DNA of 44,475 nt. Origin: Bacteroidota bacterium (GTDB lineage Bacteria > Bacteroidota > Bacteroidia > Bacteroidales > JAIFNC01). This document shows, piece after piece, positions 26,190 through 35,128 of the stretch (positions are counted from its first letter, which is position 1; each line of letters opens with the position of its first letter). The position numbers and the translations under genes were made by a program. The DNA lies in NCBI GenBank assembly GCA_020047935.1, contig JAIFNC010000057.1:1-44475 (forward strand). The letters run 5' to 3'. The notes under the pieces were generated by a model that did no database searches, had not been told where the DNA came from, and worked only from the letters and a program-made list of their open reading frames with translations.

Positions 26190-26401
26190 AATAAATAATT
26201 TATATGTTTATACTGTTTTAATTACAATACAAAGATAAGACATTTAATTTAATCTACAAAATTATTATAGTTAAATGTAGTTAAAATAATTGGTAGATAA
26301 AACTATTACGTGGACACATAATATAAACTCACACCTGGATTTTTAACAATCGTATATAATAAAAAAACCTAGTCATTTCTAACTAGGTTTTTTTATGCTT
26401 A
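26190..26401 (-). promoter_or_regulatory. Intergenic regulatory cassette (variant)
   Basis: -7 complement 26230-26237. Distal arm aaactcacacctgg 26325-26338. Terminator acctagt/actaggt 26367-26388. Confidence 0.5.
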
Positions 26402-27010
26402 TTACTCGTAAGTAATAGAGCCTGTTTTCACTTCAACTACATTATCAGTAACAACGATTTTACCCAAGTCAGATATATCCTCGCCCACCCAAGTGATTTC
26501 GCCGTTCAACATTACGCCCCATTTTGAAAAGAAGTTATTAATGTAGTACTTTAACCAAGCCACATATTCATAGAATTTTTCACCACCATCCCATTCTAGA
26601 ACGGCGCCATCATCACTGATAATCCATGCACACCATAAACCAGGTTGACATTCACCATCAGCAATGCGACGTTGCATTTCATTCCAACGGCCATTAAAAT
26701 CGTCAAATGATTTATCATCATACCCCAATTGTCCTGGAGGTGTATTGTAGTCGATTATAGAATCATCTTTACTTTGCCCTGACTGTCCGTCATCTTTAGC
26801 GAAATACTCGCCATCGCGTCCGTAAATTGCTTCTGGCGTGGTGTCAGTAGCAAAAGGATTGCCATGTTCACCTTTGTACAATTCCATCAATTTAGTAACA
26901 TCGCGTTTCATTCTGCGAGTGTTTGAAATAAGATTAATATAATCTCTTTCCTTTTCTGTTAAAGGTCTGCTGATTGTAATGGACCCATCGAAATTAGTGT
27001 GATACCCCAT
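26402..27010 (-). CDS. Hypothetical protein (202 aa)
   Basis: Track ORF between cassettes. Confidence 0.65.
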   Translation of the reverse strand: MGYHTNFDGSITISRPLTEKERDYINLISNTRRMKRDVTKLMELYKGEHGNPFATDTTPEAIYGRDGEYFAKDDGQSGQSKDDSIIDYNTPPGQLGYDDKSFDDFNGRWNEMQRRIADGECQPGLWCAWIISDDGAVLEWDGGEKFYEYVAWLKYYINNFFSKWGVMLNGEITWVGEDISDLGKIVVTDNVVEVKTGSITYE

Positions 27011-27263
27011 GATAATAATTTTTTTTAGTTGTTTTTATTCTGTTTTAATTATGATACAAAGATAATATATTGATATGACATGTACAAGTAAATTAACTTT
27101 TTTAACAATGTTAAAGATCCAGTTATGAGTTTTATGTACCCCGTCGCCAGGATTAACTAGAAGAAACTCACACCCAGAATTTTAACATATTGGTATTACA
27201 AAAAAAGAAACCCCCAACCATTTCTGACTGAGGATTTCCAGGCAACATATAAAACAACTAAAA
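27011..27263 (-). promoter_or_regulatory. Intergenic regulatory cassette
   Basis: -7 complement 27057-27064. Palindrome 27101-27115. Arms 27119-27133 and 27163-27177. Terminator about 27211-27233. Confidence 0.6.
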
Positions 27264-27854
27264 CTATTTTTCTTCTGGCTCGAGATCTGCAAGAAATTCT
27301 TCTACTGTCGGCAAGTTGTCAAGGTCATACGATTTCATTAATCGTATTGATGCATATTCGGTATCACCTTTAGGTTTATAAAACCGTTCAGTTTCTTCCA
27401 TTGGTGATTTATTAAACCCTTCATACACTTCAAAAGTGTTTTTATCCAGGTCAATAACATAACCATATTCACAAAATAAACTGTCATGTACAAAATCACG
27501 ACTGTCGTGTAACATGATATTTTGATCTTCTGATTCTGCAATTACATTCAAAATGTCGCTGCCGTGGCCACGGGTTAAGTATGGGTATTTTTCGTTATAC
27601 TGTTTGGTTTGTTTGTCATTCATCCAACCATTCTCACATCCGATTGATTTTAAAAATTCTGTAATACCTGTTTCTTCTTCTGGAGTAATAAAATGACACA
27701 CCTTCAATTTTTCCCTTAATTTTTCTAGAATTCCTTTGTGAAGAAATTCCAAAGTAACTACACCGTTGCCACTTGGGTAATGATCCCATTGTCCATACTG
27801 TGCAACGACTGGATTGCCACCTAAAATAACCATTGTTATGCCTCTTGTACCCAT
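27264..27854 (-). CDS. Hypothetical protein (196 aa)
   Basis: Track ORF between promoter elements. Confidence 0.65.
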   Translation of the reverse strand: MGTRGITMVILGGNPVVAQYGQWDHYPSGNGVVTLEFLHKGILEKLREKLKVCHFITPEEETGITEFLKSIGCENGWMNDKQTKQYNEKYPYLTRGHGSDILNVIAESEDQNIMLHDSRDFVHDSLFCEYGYVIDLDKNTFEVYEGFNKSPMEETERFYKPKGDTEYASIRLMKSYDLDNLPTVEEFLADLEPEEK

Positions 27855-27889
27855 GATAATAATTTTTTATTAGTTGTTTTTATATGATA

Positions 27890-27897
27890 CAAAGATA
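27890..27897 (-). promoter_or_regulatory. Stand-alone -7 box for 27264-27854
   Basis: Complement of TATCTTTG. The upstream gene ends only 20 nt away, so there are no arms and no terminator here. Confidence 0.45.
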
Positions 27898-27917
27898 ACA
27901 CATTTATTTGATACTAC

Positions 27918-28250
27918 CTAATTATTTCTAACTTTATCACATTTTTTAACAACCCAATGTGCTAATGCATAACTAGGTTTATAATCCATATTAATAACAC
28001 CCGCATGATTATGGTCGATCCAATCTTTAACCAGTTGATAATAATTTCTTTTATTAGTAACTTGAATTAAATTATAATGTTTCCATGCAATGTCAGGAAC
28101 GTTATTAATCATTGATAACATATTGAATGTATCACAAATGCCAACCCAATCAGGCCCAGTAAGTTTATTAAACGTTTCATTTTGTTTTAAAACCTCGCCA
28201 AAAGTGGCGAGGTCTTTAATGGGTTGTCCCAGTTTATTGTATTTTTCCAT
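27918..28250 (-). CDS. Hypothetical protein (110 aa from MEKYNKL)
   Basis: ATG 28250 follows the upstream stop at 28252 (TAATATG junction). The track start 28289 overlaps the upstream gene. Confidence 0.55.
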   Translation of the reverse strand: MEKYNKLGQPIKDLATFGEVLKQNETFNKLTGPDWVGICDTFNMLSMINNVPDIAWKHYNLIQVTNKRNYYQLVKDWIDHNHAGVINMDYKPSYALAHWVVKKCDKVRNN

Positions 28251-28251
28251 A

Positions 28252-29079
28252 TTAAAACACGTTATTAATGTCGTTATGCTTAATAACAAAGGGCGTTTCA
28301 GGAATAGTGTATTTATTATTTTTCACACTTGATGCCGTCATTTTGAATTTCAGTCCAACAATAACATTTTTTTTGTCGAGGTAACGTGCGTCATACAAAT
28401 CACCGTTAATAACTTCAAACCCGTGATACATTTTTGGTAACAGTTTTTCGAAAACCGCCGCCACTCTAAAACCATTTTTCAATGCTTGTTCACATAGTTT
28501 CCAATTGTAACCGTTATAACTGTATGTTATATCATAGTTGGTATACTTTTTTGAAAGTTCCAACCGATTAAAAACCTTTGTGTAATCATAAAATTGCACA
28601 TCTGGGAATAATTCTAAAATGTTTTTTCCGTTATGTACAAAATCCTCCATACTAATATCAGAAGTTGCATTAATTCTAACAGAAAATTCAAGTCCGTCCA
28701 GTTCCGCTTGTAACCTATGCATTTTAATTTCGGCAATCATCATTTGCATGAAGTAGGTTTTATTCACAAAAAACAATTGTGTTTTTTTAATGCGTGAATT
28801 TATTAATGTACTTTTACCTGCGCCAATTTCCATTCTGGCACGACCACTACCAAATAAACAATGCTCGCGACAATGTTTATCATTGACACATGCTTTAAAA
28901 CCGCTTAAATCAGAACTAGCCAAATAAATAGAATAGGTAGCAACACCATGTACATAACTATGCATAAACTTTGAACTGTGGGCTACATTTCCTAAGTATG
29001 CCACGCCCAACTCTTTTTTCGCTTTGGTTAAACCTTTGTAGGTTAATTTTGATAACTCATCTTTGTTTAATAATAACAT
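28252..29079 (-). CDS. Hypothetical protein with a Cys/His cluster (possibly GP88-like)
   Basis: CVNDKHCREHCLFGSGRA cluster. The family assignment is a weak recollection. Confidence 0.55.
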   Translation of the reverse strand: MLLLNKDELSKLTYKGLTKAKKELGVAYLGNVAHSSKFMHSYVHGVATYSIYLASSDLSGFKACVNDKHCREHCLFGSGRARMEIGAGKSTLINSRIKKTQLFFVNKTYFMQMMIAEIKMHRLQAELDGLEFSVRINATSDISMEDFVHNGKNILELFPDVQFYDYTKVFNRLELSKKYTNYDITYSYNGYNWKLCEQALKNGFRVAAVFEKLLPKMYHGFEVINGDLYDARYLDKKNVIVGLKFKMTASSVKNNKYTIPETPFVIKHNDINNVF

Positions 29080-29114
29080 AATAGTAAATTGTTTTTAGTT
29101 GTTTTTATATGGTA

Positions 29115-29155
29115 CAAAGATAATACTATTATATGAATTATACAATAGTATTATC
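29115..29155 (-). promoter_or_regulatory. Palindrome-type promoter
   Basis: -7 complement 29115-29122, embedded in a perfect 12-bp inverted repeat: GATAATACTATT (29119-29130) and AATAGTATTATC (29144-29155). Confidence 0.5.
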
Positions 29156-29166
29156 GTTAAAGTTAG

Positions 29167-29397
29167 TTAATCGTTTTTAATTCCATAATAAGTAGTTTCA
29201 ATAAATTTATCAACTTCATTTGAAAATTTAGTTACCTCATCTTTGTCATCGGCATCAGGCAAGTCAATGCCTATCATTTCACCAACATAGATTTCATTAA
29301 GATAAATTTCAATGCCGCCACATGATGAGTCTAAATCATAAAAAGATTTACAAGTAAATTCGTCTGTGCCTACTGGAATAATAATAGAATGTTTCAT
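29167..29397 (-). CDS. Hypothetical acidic protein (76 aa)
   Basis: Track ORF preceded by a cassette promoter. Confidence 0.5.
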   Translation of the reverse strand: MKHSIIIPVGTDEFTCKSFYDLDSSCGGIEIYLNEIYVGEMIGIDLPDADDKDEVTKFSNEVDKFIETTYYGIKND

Positions 29398-29685
29398 ACT
29401 GTTTTATTTTTAATTGTTTATACAAAGATAATACTTTTAAACTATTCTACAAAACATTTTATGTTAAAGATTGTTAAAGTGCAATGTTAAAGAGCCAGGT
29501 ATGATTTTTTACCTGCAGGATCGTCTTCAGATCGGATTAGTGTCCACGATCCTTCCTGCGAAAAACTCACAGCAGGCTTTTTAACAATTGGATATATAAG
29601 AAAACCCCAATCATTACTGACTGAGGTTTAATCCACGGCGATACGGTTCACTGTTCCCTTTTACGGTAGTATCTTTTGTGGCCTG
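29398..29685 (-). promoter_or_regulatory. Intergenic regulatory cassette (three direct TGTTAAAG sites)
   Basis: -7 complement 29423-29430. TGTTAAAG at 29462, 29472 and 29485. Arms 29495-29508 and 29563-29576. Terminator 29605-29626. Confidence 0.55.
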
Positions 29686-30231
29686 TTATTTTTCTACCAA
29701 ATCAAAAACCAATTCGGTGTGCTCATTACTGGGTTGGTCATCAGATACGGTAATCACTTCGCCAGCCCAAGAACCGACCAAACCATTTGCATCATCACCA
29801 TAATAATCACCACCGCCACGAGAGTTTGAGTTGCATGTTAGCAAAGGTAGCGGGTGTATACGGTAATCATAAGTATCCGTAGCATCGTTTGGGTTTACCC
29901 ATGTATCAGTAATTGGCACTTTGTCCAAATCAACAAACGATTTTTTGGTTTCGTTAATAAGGAATCGGAAATAATGATTTTCAGTTTCTTCTGGCTCGAT
30001 TTTATTAGACTCATAAGTTTCTGGGTTTACATCACCCTCTTCGGCATAATCGCCGCCCCAAGTTAATGATTGACCAAACCATGCGCCACCTTTGGCGATA
30101 AGTTTTTCTACTAAATTTACATAGTTGTTACCAATCCAACCTGTTTCCATTAATTTTGCTCCATTACCATATTCATGTGGATTTACACACTCATTGAGTT
30201 CTTTAACTCCTGCATTAAAATACTGTCCCAT
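29686..30231 (-). CDS. Hypothetical protein (181 aa)
   Basis: Track ORF between cassettes. Confidence 0.65.
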   Translation of the reverse strand: MGQYFNAGVKELNECVNPHEYGNGAKLMETGWIGNNYVNLVEKLIAKGGAWFGQSLTWGGDYAEEGDVNPETYESNKIEPEETENHYFRFLINETKKSFVDLDKVPITDTWVNPNDATDTYDYRIHPLPLLTCNSNSRGGGDYYGDDANGLVGSWAGEVITVSDDQPSNEHTELVFDLVEK

Positions 30232-30424
30232 AATAATAAGTTTTATTTGTTGTTTTTATATGATACAAAGATAATACTTTTATGTGATGCACACAAGCGT
30301 TTTAACACTTTTAACAATGTTAAAGTTCCAGGCGTGAGTTCATAACCTTCCCGTCGAAAATGTATCCCCCGAGCAAAAAAAACCCACCAGCGAAAAGCCA
30401 GTGGGTATTACACTACCAAATTAT
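30232..30424 (-). promoter_or_regulatory. Intergenic regulatory cassette
   Basis: -7 complement 30266-30273. Palindrome 30310-30324. Arm 30328-30340. Terminator about 30381-30406. The arm and centre are homologous to cassette 24132-24338. Confidence 0.6.
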
Positions 30425-30667
30425 TTATGTCGACCAGTTTAAAAAAAACTCTAATTGATTAGTCGTGTCAATAAAATAACCATCATCAAGATAATTATTT
30501 ATGTCTTCCTCGTCATACCCAACACAATTTTTTATGCTGTCAATAAAATACTTTTCAGATTTTAAAACTGCAGTATCTTTTTCGTTGGTGTCAGATATTT
30601 TAAATATGAATGATTTAACCTCATCAAGTGATCCAGCCTTAAATCGTATTACATTTATTACTTGCAT
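30425..30667 (-). CDS. Hypothetical protein (80 aa)
   Basis: Track ORF, 1 nt after the upstream stop. Confidence 0.5.
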   Translation of the reverse strand: MQVINVIRFKAGSLDEVKSFIFKISDTNEKDTAVLKSEKYFIDSIKNCVGYDEEDINNYLDDGYFIDTTNQLEFFLNWST

Positions 30668-30668
30668 A

Positions 30669-31511
30669 TTATTCTTTAGTTATTTTAGTTAATGTACATT
30701 CTAATCTGCGTTTTTGTAGTTTTTTAATATAAGTATTACCTTCTTTTTCTGTCAAAAACTGTTTACCAGGGTATCCGCCATACATAACATATTTGTACCC
30801 AGTTTTAGTTAATTTAACCAAATAACCACCATTAGATAATTTAATTTGAAATGATTCTTTAGTATCGTTAAGTAACTTAATTTTTTCATTACGTTGATTA
30901 TATCGTTTAACCGCATTAGTGAATTTATCACCTTTAAGTTTACTAGAAACATAATCAGTATTATAACCTAAACTTATTGTCGATTTTATATCAGTGTGTT
31001 TATAAAATTCGGTTATCTCATCAATTGCATTGAATAAATCATCAGTGGTAGTAACATTAATCATTTTTCTTTCGATATTACTATCATAACTAATATAACT
31101 ATTATTCACACAAACTGTAATACCTAAGTTAGTTAACTCTTCAACTGTTTTAGCACGTTTACACCCATTTTTGAAAAAATTCGTAAATTCTTTATAACTA
31201 CCAAAATTGCTCATAAACTTTAAACCGATATAACTGCCAAATTGGTCATCAGTATAATTGCTAGTGCCATCATCATTTAGATAACGTGTTTTGTTTTGGG
31301 TATTCATGTATTCCGCAACGTTAAGCATTTCGTTTAACGTGCCATAAAGTTTACCATTAGTCATATAGTAATACGGAAACCAATCACGCGAACGTCTTTC
31401 GCGTCCATTTACAAATACGGTGCAATTATTACTGCCAGATAATATCATTGGAACAAAATTGTCTTCATTCACTTTGATAAATTGTTTGTAATAAATAATT
31501 TCGTGGCTCAT
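30669..31511 (-). CDS. Hypothetical protein (280 aa)
   Basis: Track ORF. Confidence 0.65.
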   Translation of the reverse strand: MSHEIIYYKQFIKVNEDNFVPMILSGSNNCTVFVNGRERRSRDWFPYYYMTNGKLYGTLNEMLNVAEYMNTQNKTRYLNDDGTSNYTDDQFGSYIGLKFMSNFGSYKEFTNFFKNGCKRAKTVEELTNLGITVCVNNSYISYDSNIERKMINVTTTDDLFNAIDEITEFYKHTDIKSTISLGYNTDYVSSKLKGDKFTNAVKRYNQRNEKIKLLNDTKESFQIKLSNGGYLVKLTKTGYKYVMYGGYPGKQFLTEKEGNTYIKKLQKRRLECTLTKITKE

Positions 31512-31512
31512 A

Positions 31513-31677
31513 TTATTCTACTTTTAGATTATATTCTTGTTTCATCCAATCGCCAAAATCTGGTTCGGTTATTTCATCAACCTCATCCATATCCATATCA
31601 ATGCAGTTTTTTTCAAAACGTTCGCCAGCAAGAAATGCGTTACGCATGTCTTCGTCTGTAAATAAATTCTTTGCCAT
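31513..31677 (-). CDS. Hypothetical acidic protein (54 aa), my own ORF call
   Basis: MAKNLFTDEDMRNAFLAGERFEKN... TAATATG junction with the next gene. Confidence 0.4.
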   Translation of the reverse strand: MAKNLFTDEDMRNAFLAGERFEKNCIDMDMDEVDEITEPDFGDWMKQEYNLKVE

Positions 31678-31681
31678 AACG

Positions 31682-31957
31682 TTAAATTTTTATTTTAAGT
31701 AAATACTCTTTGTTACCTCTAGTAATAATTTTACATACTTCACCTTTAGAGTTAAGTTTATAAAAATCCAAAATATCATAACCTGCATATTTTTTTAAAT
31801 CACTTTTAGAAAATTCTTTGCAGTGCTCCAAAACATCAGTAGGATTATGCAATAAATGTTTTAATATAGATGCTTTAATTGCACCTCTATCAAACTTTTC
31901 AAACCACTCAATAACAGTTTCACTGTTTTGACTAAATAATAAATGTTTTAATACCAT
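31682..31957 (-). CDS. Hypothetical protein (91 aa)
   Basis: Track ORF preceded by a cassette promoter. Confidence 0.5.
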   Translation of the reverse strand: MVLKHLLFSQNSETVIEWFEKFDRGAIKASILKHLLHNPTDVLEHCKEFSKSDLKKYAGYDILDFYKLNSKGEVCKIITRGNKEYLLKIKI

Positions 31958-32162
31958 TGTCGTATTGTTTTAATTTGTTACATACAAAGATAATACTTTT
32001 CTATAACATACACAAGCATTTTAACATTTTTAACATTGTTAAAGTCCCAGTTATGAGTTTCTTCCTGAAGTATCCTGGCGACGGGAAGGTTTGAAACTCA
32101 CAACCAGCATTTTAACATTTCATTTTACCGCACAAAAAAAGGGGAAATAAATCCCCTCTTAA
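31958..32162 (-). promoter_or_regulatory. Intergenic regulatory cassette
   Basis: -7 complement 31985-31992. Palindrome 32029-32043. Arms 32046-32060 and 32093-32108. Terminator GGGGA/TCCCC 32141-32156. Confidence 0.6.
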
Positions 32163-32792
32163 TTATTCTATTGTACTGTTTTGGTCGAATGGTTCATCCT
32201 CGTCATCACATTCTTCTGCATATTTTGCTTGTTGTTCATCCCAATCCAATTCCATATTACAAATTTCGGGAGTACCATCATTGTCTCTGACAGTACTTGC
32301 AATTCCACAAAAACAACAGCCAGGTTCGCTGTATTCCATAACAAAACTCAATTCGGGAAATTTCTCTTGTACATACATCAACCAAGTAATAGGTGGCGTC
32401 CATGCTGTGGTCATATAGAATTTAATTTCACCATGCGCATCACTTTCAACATATTGAATATCATAAAAATCGGCACTCCATTTCGTACCCCAGTAAGTGG
32501 AACACCAATCATACCAACCGACAACACCAAATTCTTTTAATTGCTGTACTGCAATCTCGGGGAAATCTTCTGGGTGGTTTGTGGTATCAGCAGCTTTGAT
32601 AATGTCAGGTTTTGGATAATACACCTCGATTGATAATTTCTTATCTTGAGGTAAATTATCAGTGTCAGTCTCAATATCGACTGTTTTCTCAGGTAACACA
32701 TATTCGGGGTTTTTAATTCCGAATCTTAAAAACTCTCTGGTTTTTTCTTTTTTACCTGTAATAACAATTTTATTAAAAGTCCAATTTGGCAT
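32163..32792 (-). CDS. DUF1281-like protein (MPNW...WGTKW...TAWTPP pattern)
   Basis: MPNWTFNKIVITG, YWGTKWSADF, MTTAWTPPITW. The family name is from memory. Confidence 0.5.
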   Translation of the reverse strand: MPNWTFNKIVITGKKEKTREFLRFGIKNPEYVLPEKTVDIETDTDNLPQDKKLSIEVYYPKPDIIKAADTTNHPEDFPEIAVQQLKEFGVVGWYDWCSTYWGTKWSADFYDIQYVESDAHGEIKFYMTTAWTPPITWLMYVQEKFPELSFVMEYSEPGCCFCGIASTVRDNDGTPEICNMELDWDEQQAKYAEECDDEDEPFDQNSTIE

Positions 32793-33079
32793 CGTTTTAA
32801 TTTTTTAAATGTTTAAATTCATTTTTAATTACAATACAAAGATAATTCTTTTATTTTATACCACCAAATAATTTGTGTTAATGTTTGTTCATCATTAAAA
32901 CGAAATGGTTATGTTAAAAAATTACGCACCATGAAATTCTTGGCGGTACTTTTGTTGAAACCCAAATGTTCATCGCCGTAACGATAATGTAATTTTTCTT
33001 TTTCATAACTGTTTTTATTTGTTTATACAAAGATAACACTATTATATGAATTATACAATAGTGTTATAGTTAATGTTTC
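32793..33079 (-). promoter_or_regulatory. Intergenic region with two promoters and a 30-codon mini-ORF
   Basis: -7 complements at 32837-32844 and 33028-33035. The second lies in the inverted repeat GATAACACTATT (33032-33043) / AATAGTGTTATA (33057-33068). Mini-ORF at 32914-33006. Confidence 0.45.
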
Positions 33080-33292
33080 TTAAATCAAATAATTTTCAAC
33101 TAATAAATCATATATATCAAAATCATCCGAACTGTAACCGATGCAATTTTCTGGTATATAATACTGTTTTTCTTCAAATTCAATACATTTATGATTATCC
33201 ATCATTAAATCTACATAAGCACTACTTTCATTCTCTTCAACAGGAACGCCAAAAGTATTCAAAAAATCTAAAACTTTGATTGTTGTTGTCAT
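33080..33292 (-). CDS. Hypothetical acidic protein (70 aa)
   Basis: Track ORF preceded by a cassette promoter. Confidence 0.5.
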   Translation of the reverse strand: MTTTIKVLDFLNTFGVPVEENESSAYVDLMMDNHKCIEFEEKQYYIPENCIGYSSDDFDIYDLLVENYLI

Positions 33293-33503
33293 AATACTAT
33301 TATTTTTAATTGTTTATACAAAGATAAAACATTTGTATCACATATACAAGCATATTAACATTTTTAACAATGTTAAAGTTCCAGGTGTGAGTTTTACCCG
33401 TGTCTTCTAGGGTATTTTTATTTCGATAGGTTTTGGTAGTATTACGCGCAACAAAAACCCCACCGAATAAACTGTGAAGTTTTCGTTGTAATACTATTAC
33501 TTA
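33293..33503 (-). promoter_or_regulatory. Intergenic regulatory cassette
   Basis: -7 complement 33319-33326. Palindrome 33363-33377. Arm 33381-33394. Weak terminator about 33456-33480. Confidence 0.55.
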
Positions 33504-33626
33504 CCTACATCAATAATTTTGCTTTAGGTGCTGGGTTAATACCAGGGCCTGGTTGATATGGGTTTGACCTACTAGGTTTTTTAGTCGGTGTCTTTACGGG
33601 AATTTTTACTGGCGCTGGTGCATTCA
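33504..33626 (-). CDS. Pro/Lys-rich mini-protein (40 aa), my own ORF call
   Basis: MNAPAPVKIPVKTPTKKPSRSNPYQPGPGINPAPKAKLLM. Confidence 0.3.
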
Positions 33627-33632
33627 TTTTTA

Positions 33633-33914
33633 TCATTTCTTTTCTTTTTTTGGTAATATACCAATGTTTTGGTAGTGTTCTATATTAGTTATCAAATAAT
33701 TTACAACGTCGTCTTCATAAATCGTAATGCCTTTAAAGGATTCATTATTTACCTTTTCATTTAGCCACAATGTTAATTCCCATAACCAAAGTATAAACCT
33801 TAACGGTTCGCGGGTTGAGTGTTTGAACTCGTCTGCGAACATAACACTTTCAAACTTAATTTCACGTGCTAATGCTTTTAAAACTTTTTGTTGTTCAATT
33901 CCGTTGTTTGTCAT
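33633..33914 (-). CDS. Hypothetical protein (93 aa)
   Basis: Track ORF preceded by a cassette promoter. Confidence 0.5.
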   Translation of the reverse strand: MTNNGIEQQKVLKALAREIKFESVMFADEFKHSTREPLRFILWLWELTLWLNEKVNNESFKGITIYEDDVVNYLITNIEHYQNIGILPKKEKK

Positions 33915-34131
33915 ACTGAATTATTTTATACAAAGATAATACATTTACTTATACTACACAAGCGTTTTAACACTTTTAACATTGTTAATGTGCCAGCTGT
34001 GAGTTTCTTCTAGCTACCCTCTTCAGATCCAGTCAGAAAATTCCGAGATCCTTCCAGGCATAAAACTCACAACCAGCATTTTAACATATACATATACAGA
34101 AAACCCCCGACTGTTATGCCGAGGGTTTAAC
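33915..34131 (-). promoter_or_regulatory. Intergenic regulatory cassette (56-nt centre family)
   Basis: -7 complement 33931-33938. Palindrome 33975-33989. Arms 33993-34006 and 34063-34077. Terminator about 34104-34125. Confidence 0.65.
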
Positions 34132-34230
34132 TTATTGTCCTAGAACTTGTCTGTATCCATTCTTACAAAATCTACACATTTGAGGGTCGTCAACATCGTT
34201 AACACATCCCTTACATTGTTTATATTTCAT
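34132..34230 (-). CDS. Zinc-ribbon mini-protein (32 aa), my own ORF call
   Basis: MKYKQCKGCVNDVDDPQMCRFCKNGYRQVLGQ. ATGA overlap with the upstream gene. Confidence 0.35.
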   Translation of the reverse strand: MKYKQCKGCVNDVDDPQMCRFCKNGYRQVLGQ

Positions 34231-34460
34231 AATATTACTTCTTCTTCGTACTTGTTACATCGTTTACAATAACGATATTGATACATTTGATTGTATTCAA
34301 ATCGTTCTCCTGTTTTATAAACAGTTCTTATCATTGTTCGTTCTTCTTGTTTCCATCTACCCCAGTCATGACCCCAGAAACACGTTTTACGCTTGTGGGT
34401 TATTATAAACCTGATAGGTGAGAATAACCAATAAAGGAATTTAATAATAATGTTTTTCAT
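34227..34460 (-). CDS. Hypothetical protein (77 aa), N-terminal TM and CxxC at the C-terminus
   Basis: Track ORF preceded by a cassette promoter. Confidence 0.5.
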   Translation of the reverse strand: MKNIIIKFLYWLFSPIRFIITHKRKTCFWGHDWGRWKQEERTMIRTVYKTGERFEYNQMYQYRYCKRCNKYEEEVIL

Positions 34461-34700
34461 ACTAAATAATTTTTAATTGTTTATACAAAGATAATACTTT
34501 TATATCACCCGCACAAGCATTTTAACACTTTTAACATTGTTAATGACCCAGTTATGAGTTTCTTCTAGCTACCCTCTTCAGATCCAGAAAGAAATTTCCG
34601 AGAGTCTTCCAGGCGGGCCACAGGTATAAACTCACAACCAGCATTTTAACATATCAAGGTATAAAAAAATTGAACCTCCGCTGAGTAATCAGCGGAGGTT
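34461..34700 (-). promoter_or_regulatory. Intergenic regulatory cassette
   Basis: -7 complement 34486-34493. Palindrome 34530-34544. Arms 34547-34561 and 34628-34642. Perfect 12-bp terminator stem aacctccgctga (34673-34684) / tcagcggaggtt (34689-34700). Confidence 0.65.
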
Positions 34701-34913
34701 CGTTCATAATGTCGGGGGGATTCTACTACATTTTTCTAGAATAACGGAGGATACTATTCCCACAACGGTTTGGTCATAACCCGCAAACGAGCCGAAAATG
34801 TTCTAACGGCGGACGAGTGACAGCGGAGGTCATATCTAATGTATACCAATCGGAAAAGGTAAACCTCATTAACGGTTACTTTCATCTACCGATTTGATAA
34901 TACAACATTATTT
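34701..34913 (-). other. GC-rich ORF-poor island (candidate structured RNA or foreign fragment)
   Basis: 56 of 120 positions are G+C in 34741-34860 by hand count, in an otherwise AT-rich window. Only a 43-codon Arg-rich ORF is present. CCTCCG occurs three times in the minus sense. Confidence 0.3.
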
Positions 34914-35048
34914 TTAATTATACAAATCTTTTTTGTTAAAATTTCTAAATTCTTTTTTTAATATACGATTAAAACCATTATTACGTCTGAATTTAGAAAA
35001 TCTACCAATCAAAACTATGATTATCAGTAATACAATTATAACACCCAT
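34914..35048 (-). CDS. Small membrane protein (44 aa), my own ORF call
   Basis: MGVIIVLLIIIVLIGRFSKFRRNNGFNRILKKEFRNFNKKDLYN: a TM helix followed by a basic tail. Confidence 0.4.
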   Translation of the reverse strand: MGVIIVLLIIIVLIGRFSKFRRNNGFNRILKKEFRNFNKKDLYN

Positions 35049-35128
35049 ATCATTTAGTTATTTCGTAAAGTTCCTCTTCAACTTCCTTTAATAATTCCAT
35101 AAGTTCATTAACACCACTTTCAAAGATA

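Noticed and set aside
34010-34062. A 12-codon micro-ORF (MPGR(I/V)SEFSDWI) inside the 56-nt centre family.
   Set aside because: It is present in the 33915 and 40328 copies. The related centre at 34562-34627 has no ATG and a different frame, so it is not a conserved coding unit.
34690-34840. Plus-strand GGAGG motifs followed at 9-10 nt by ATG (mini-ORFs of 11 and 7 codons) in the GC-rich island.
   Set aside because: No other gene in the window uses a Shine-Dalgarno sequence. The ORFs are tiny, and there is no plus-strand promoter nearby. This is probably a by-product of the CCTCCG repeats on the other strand.
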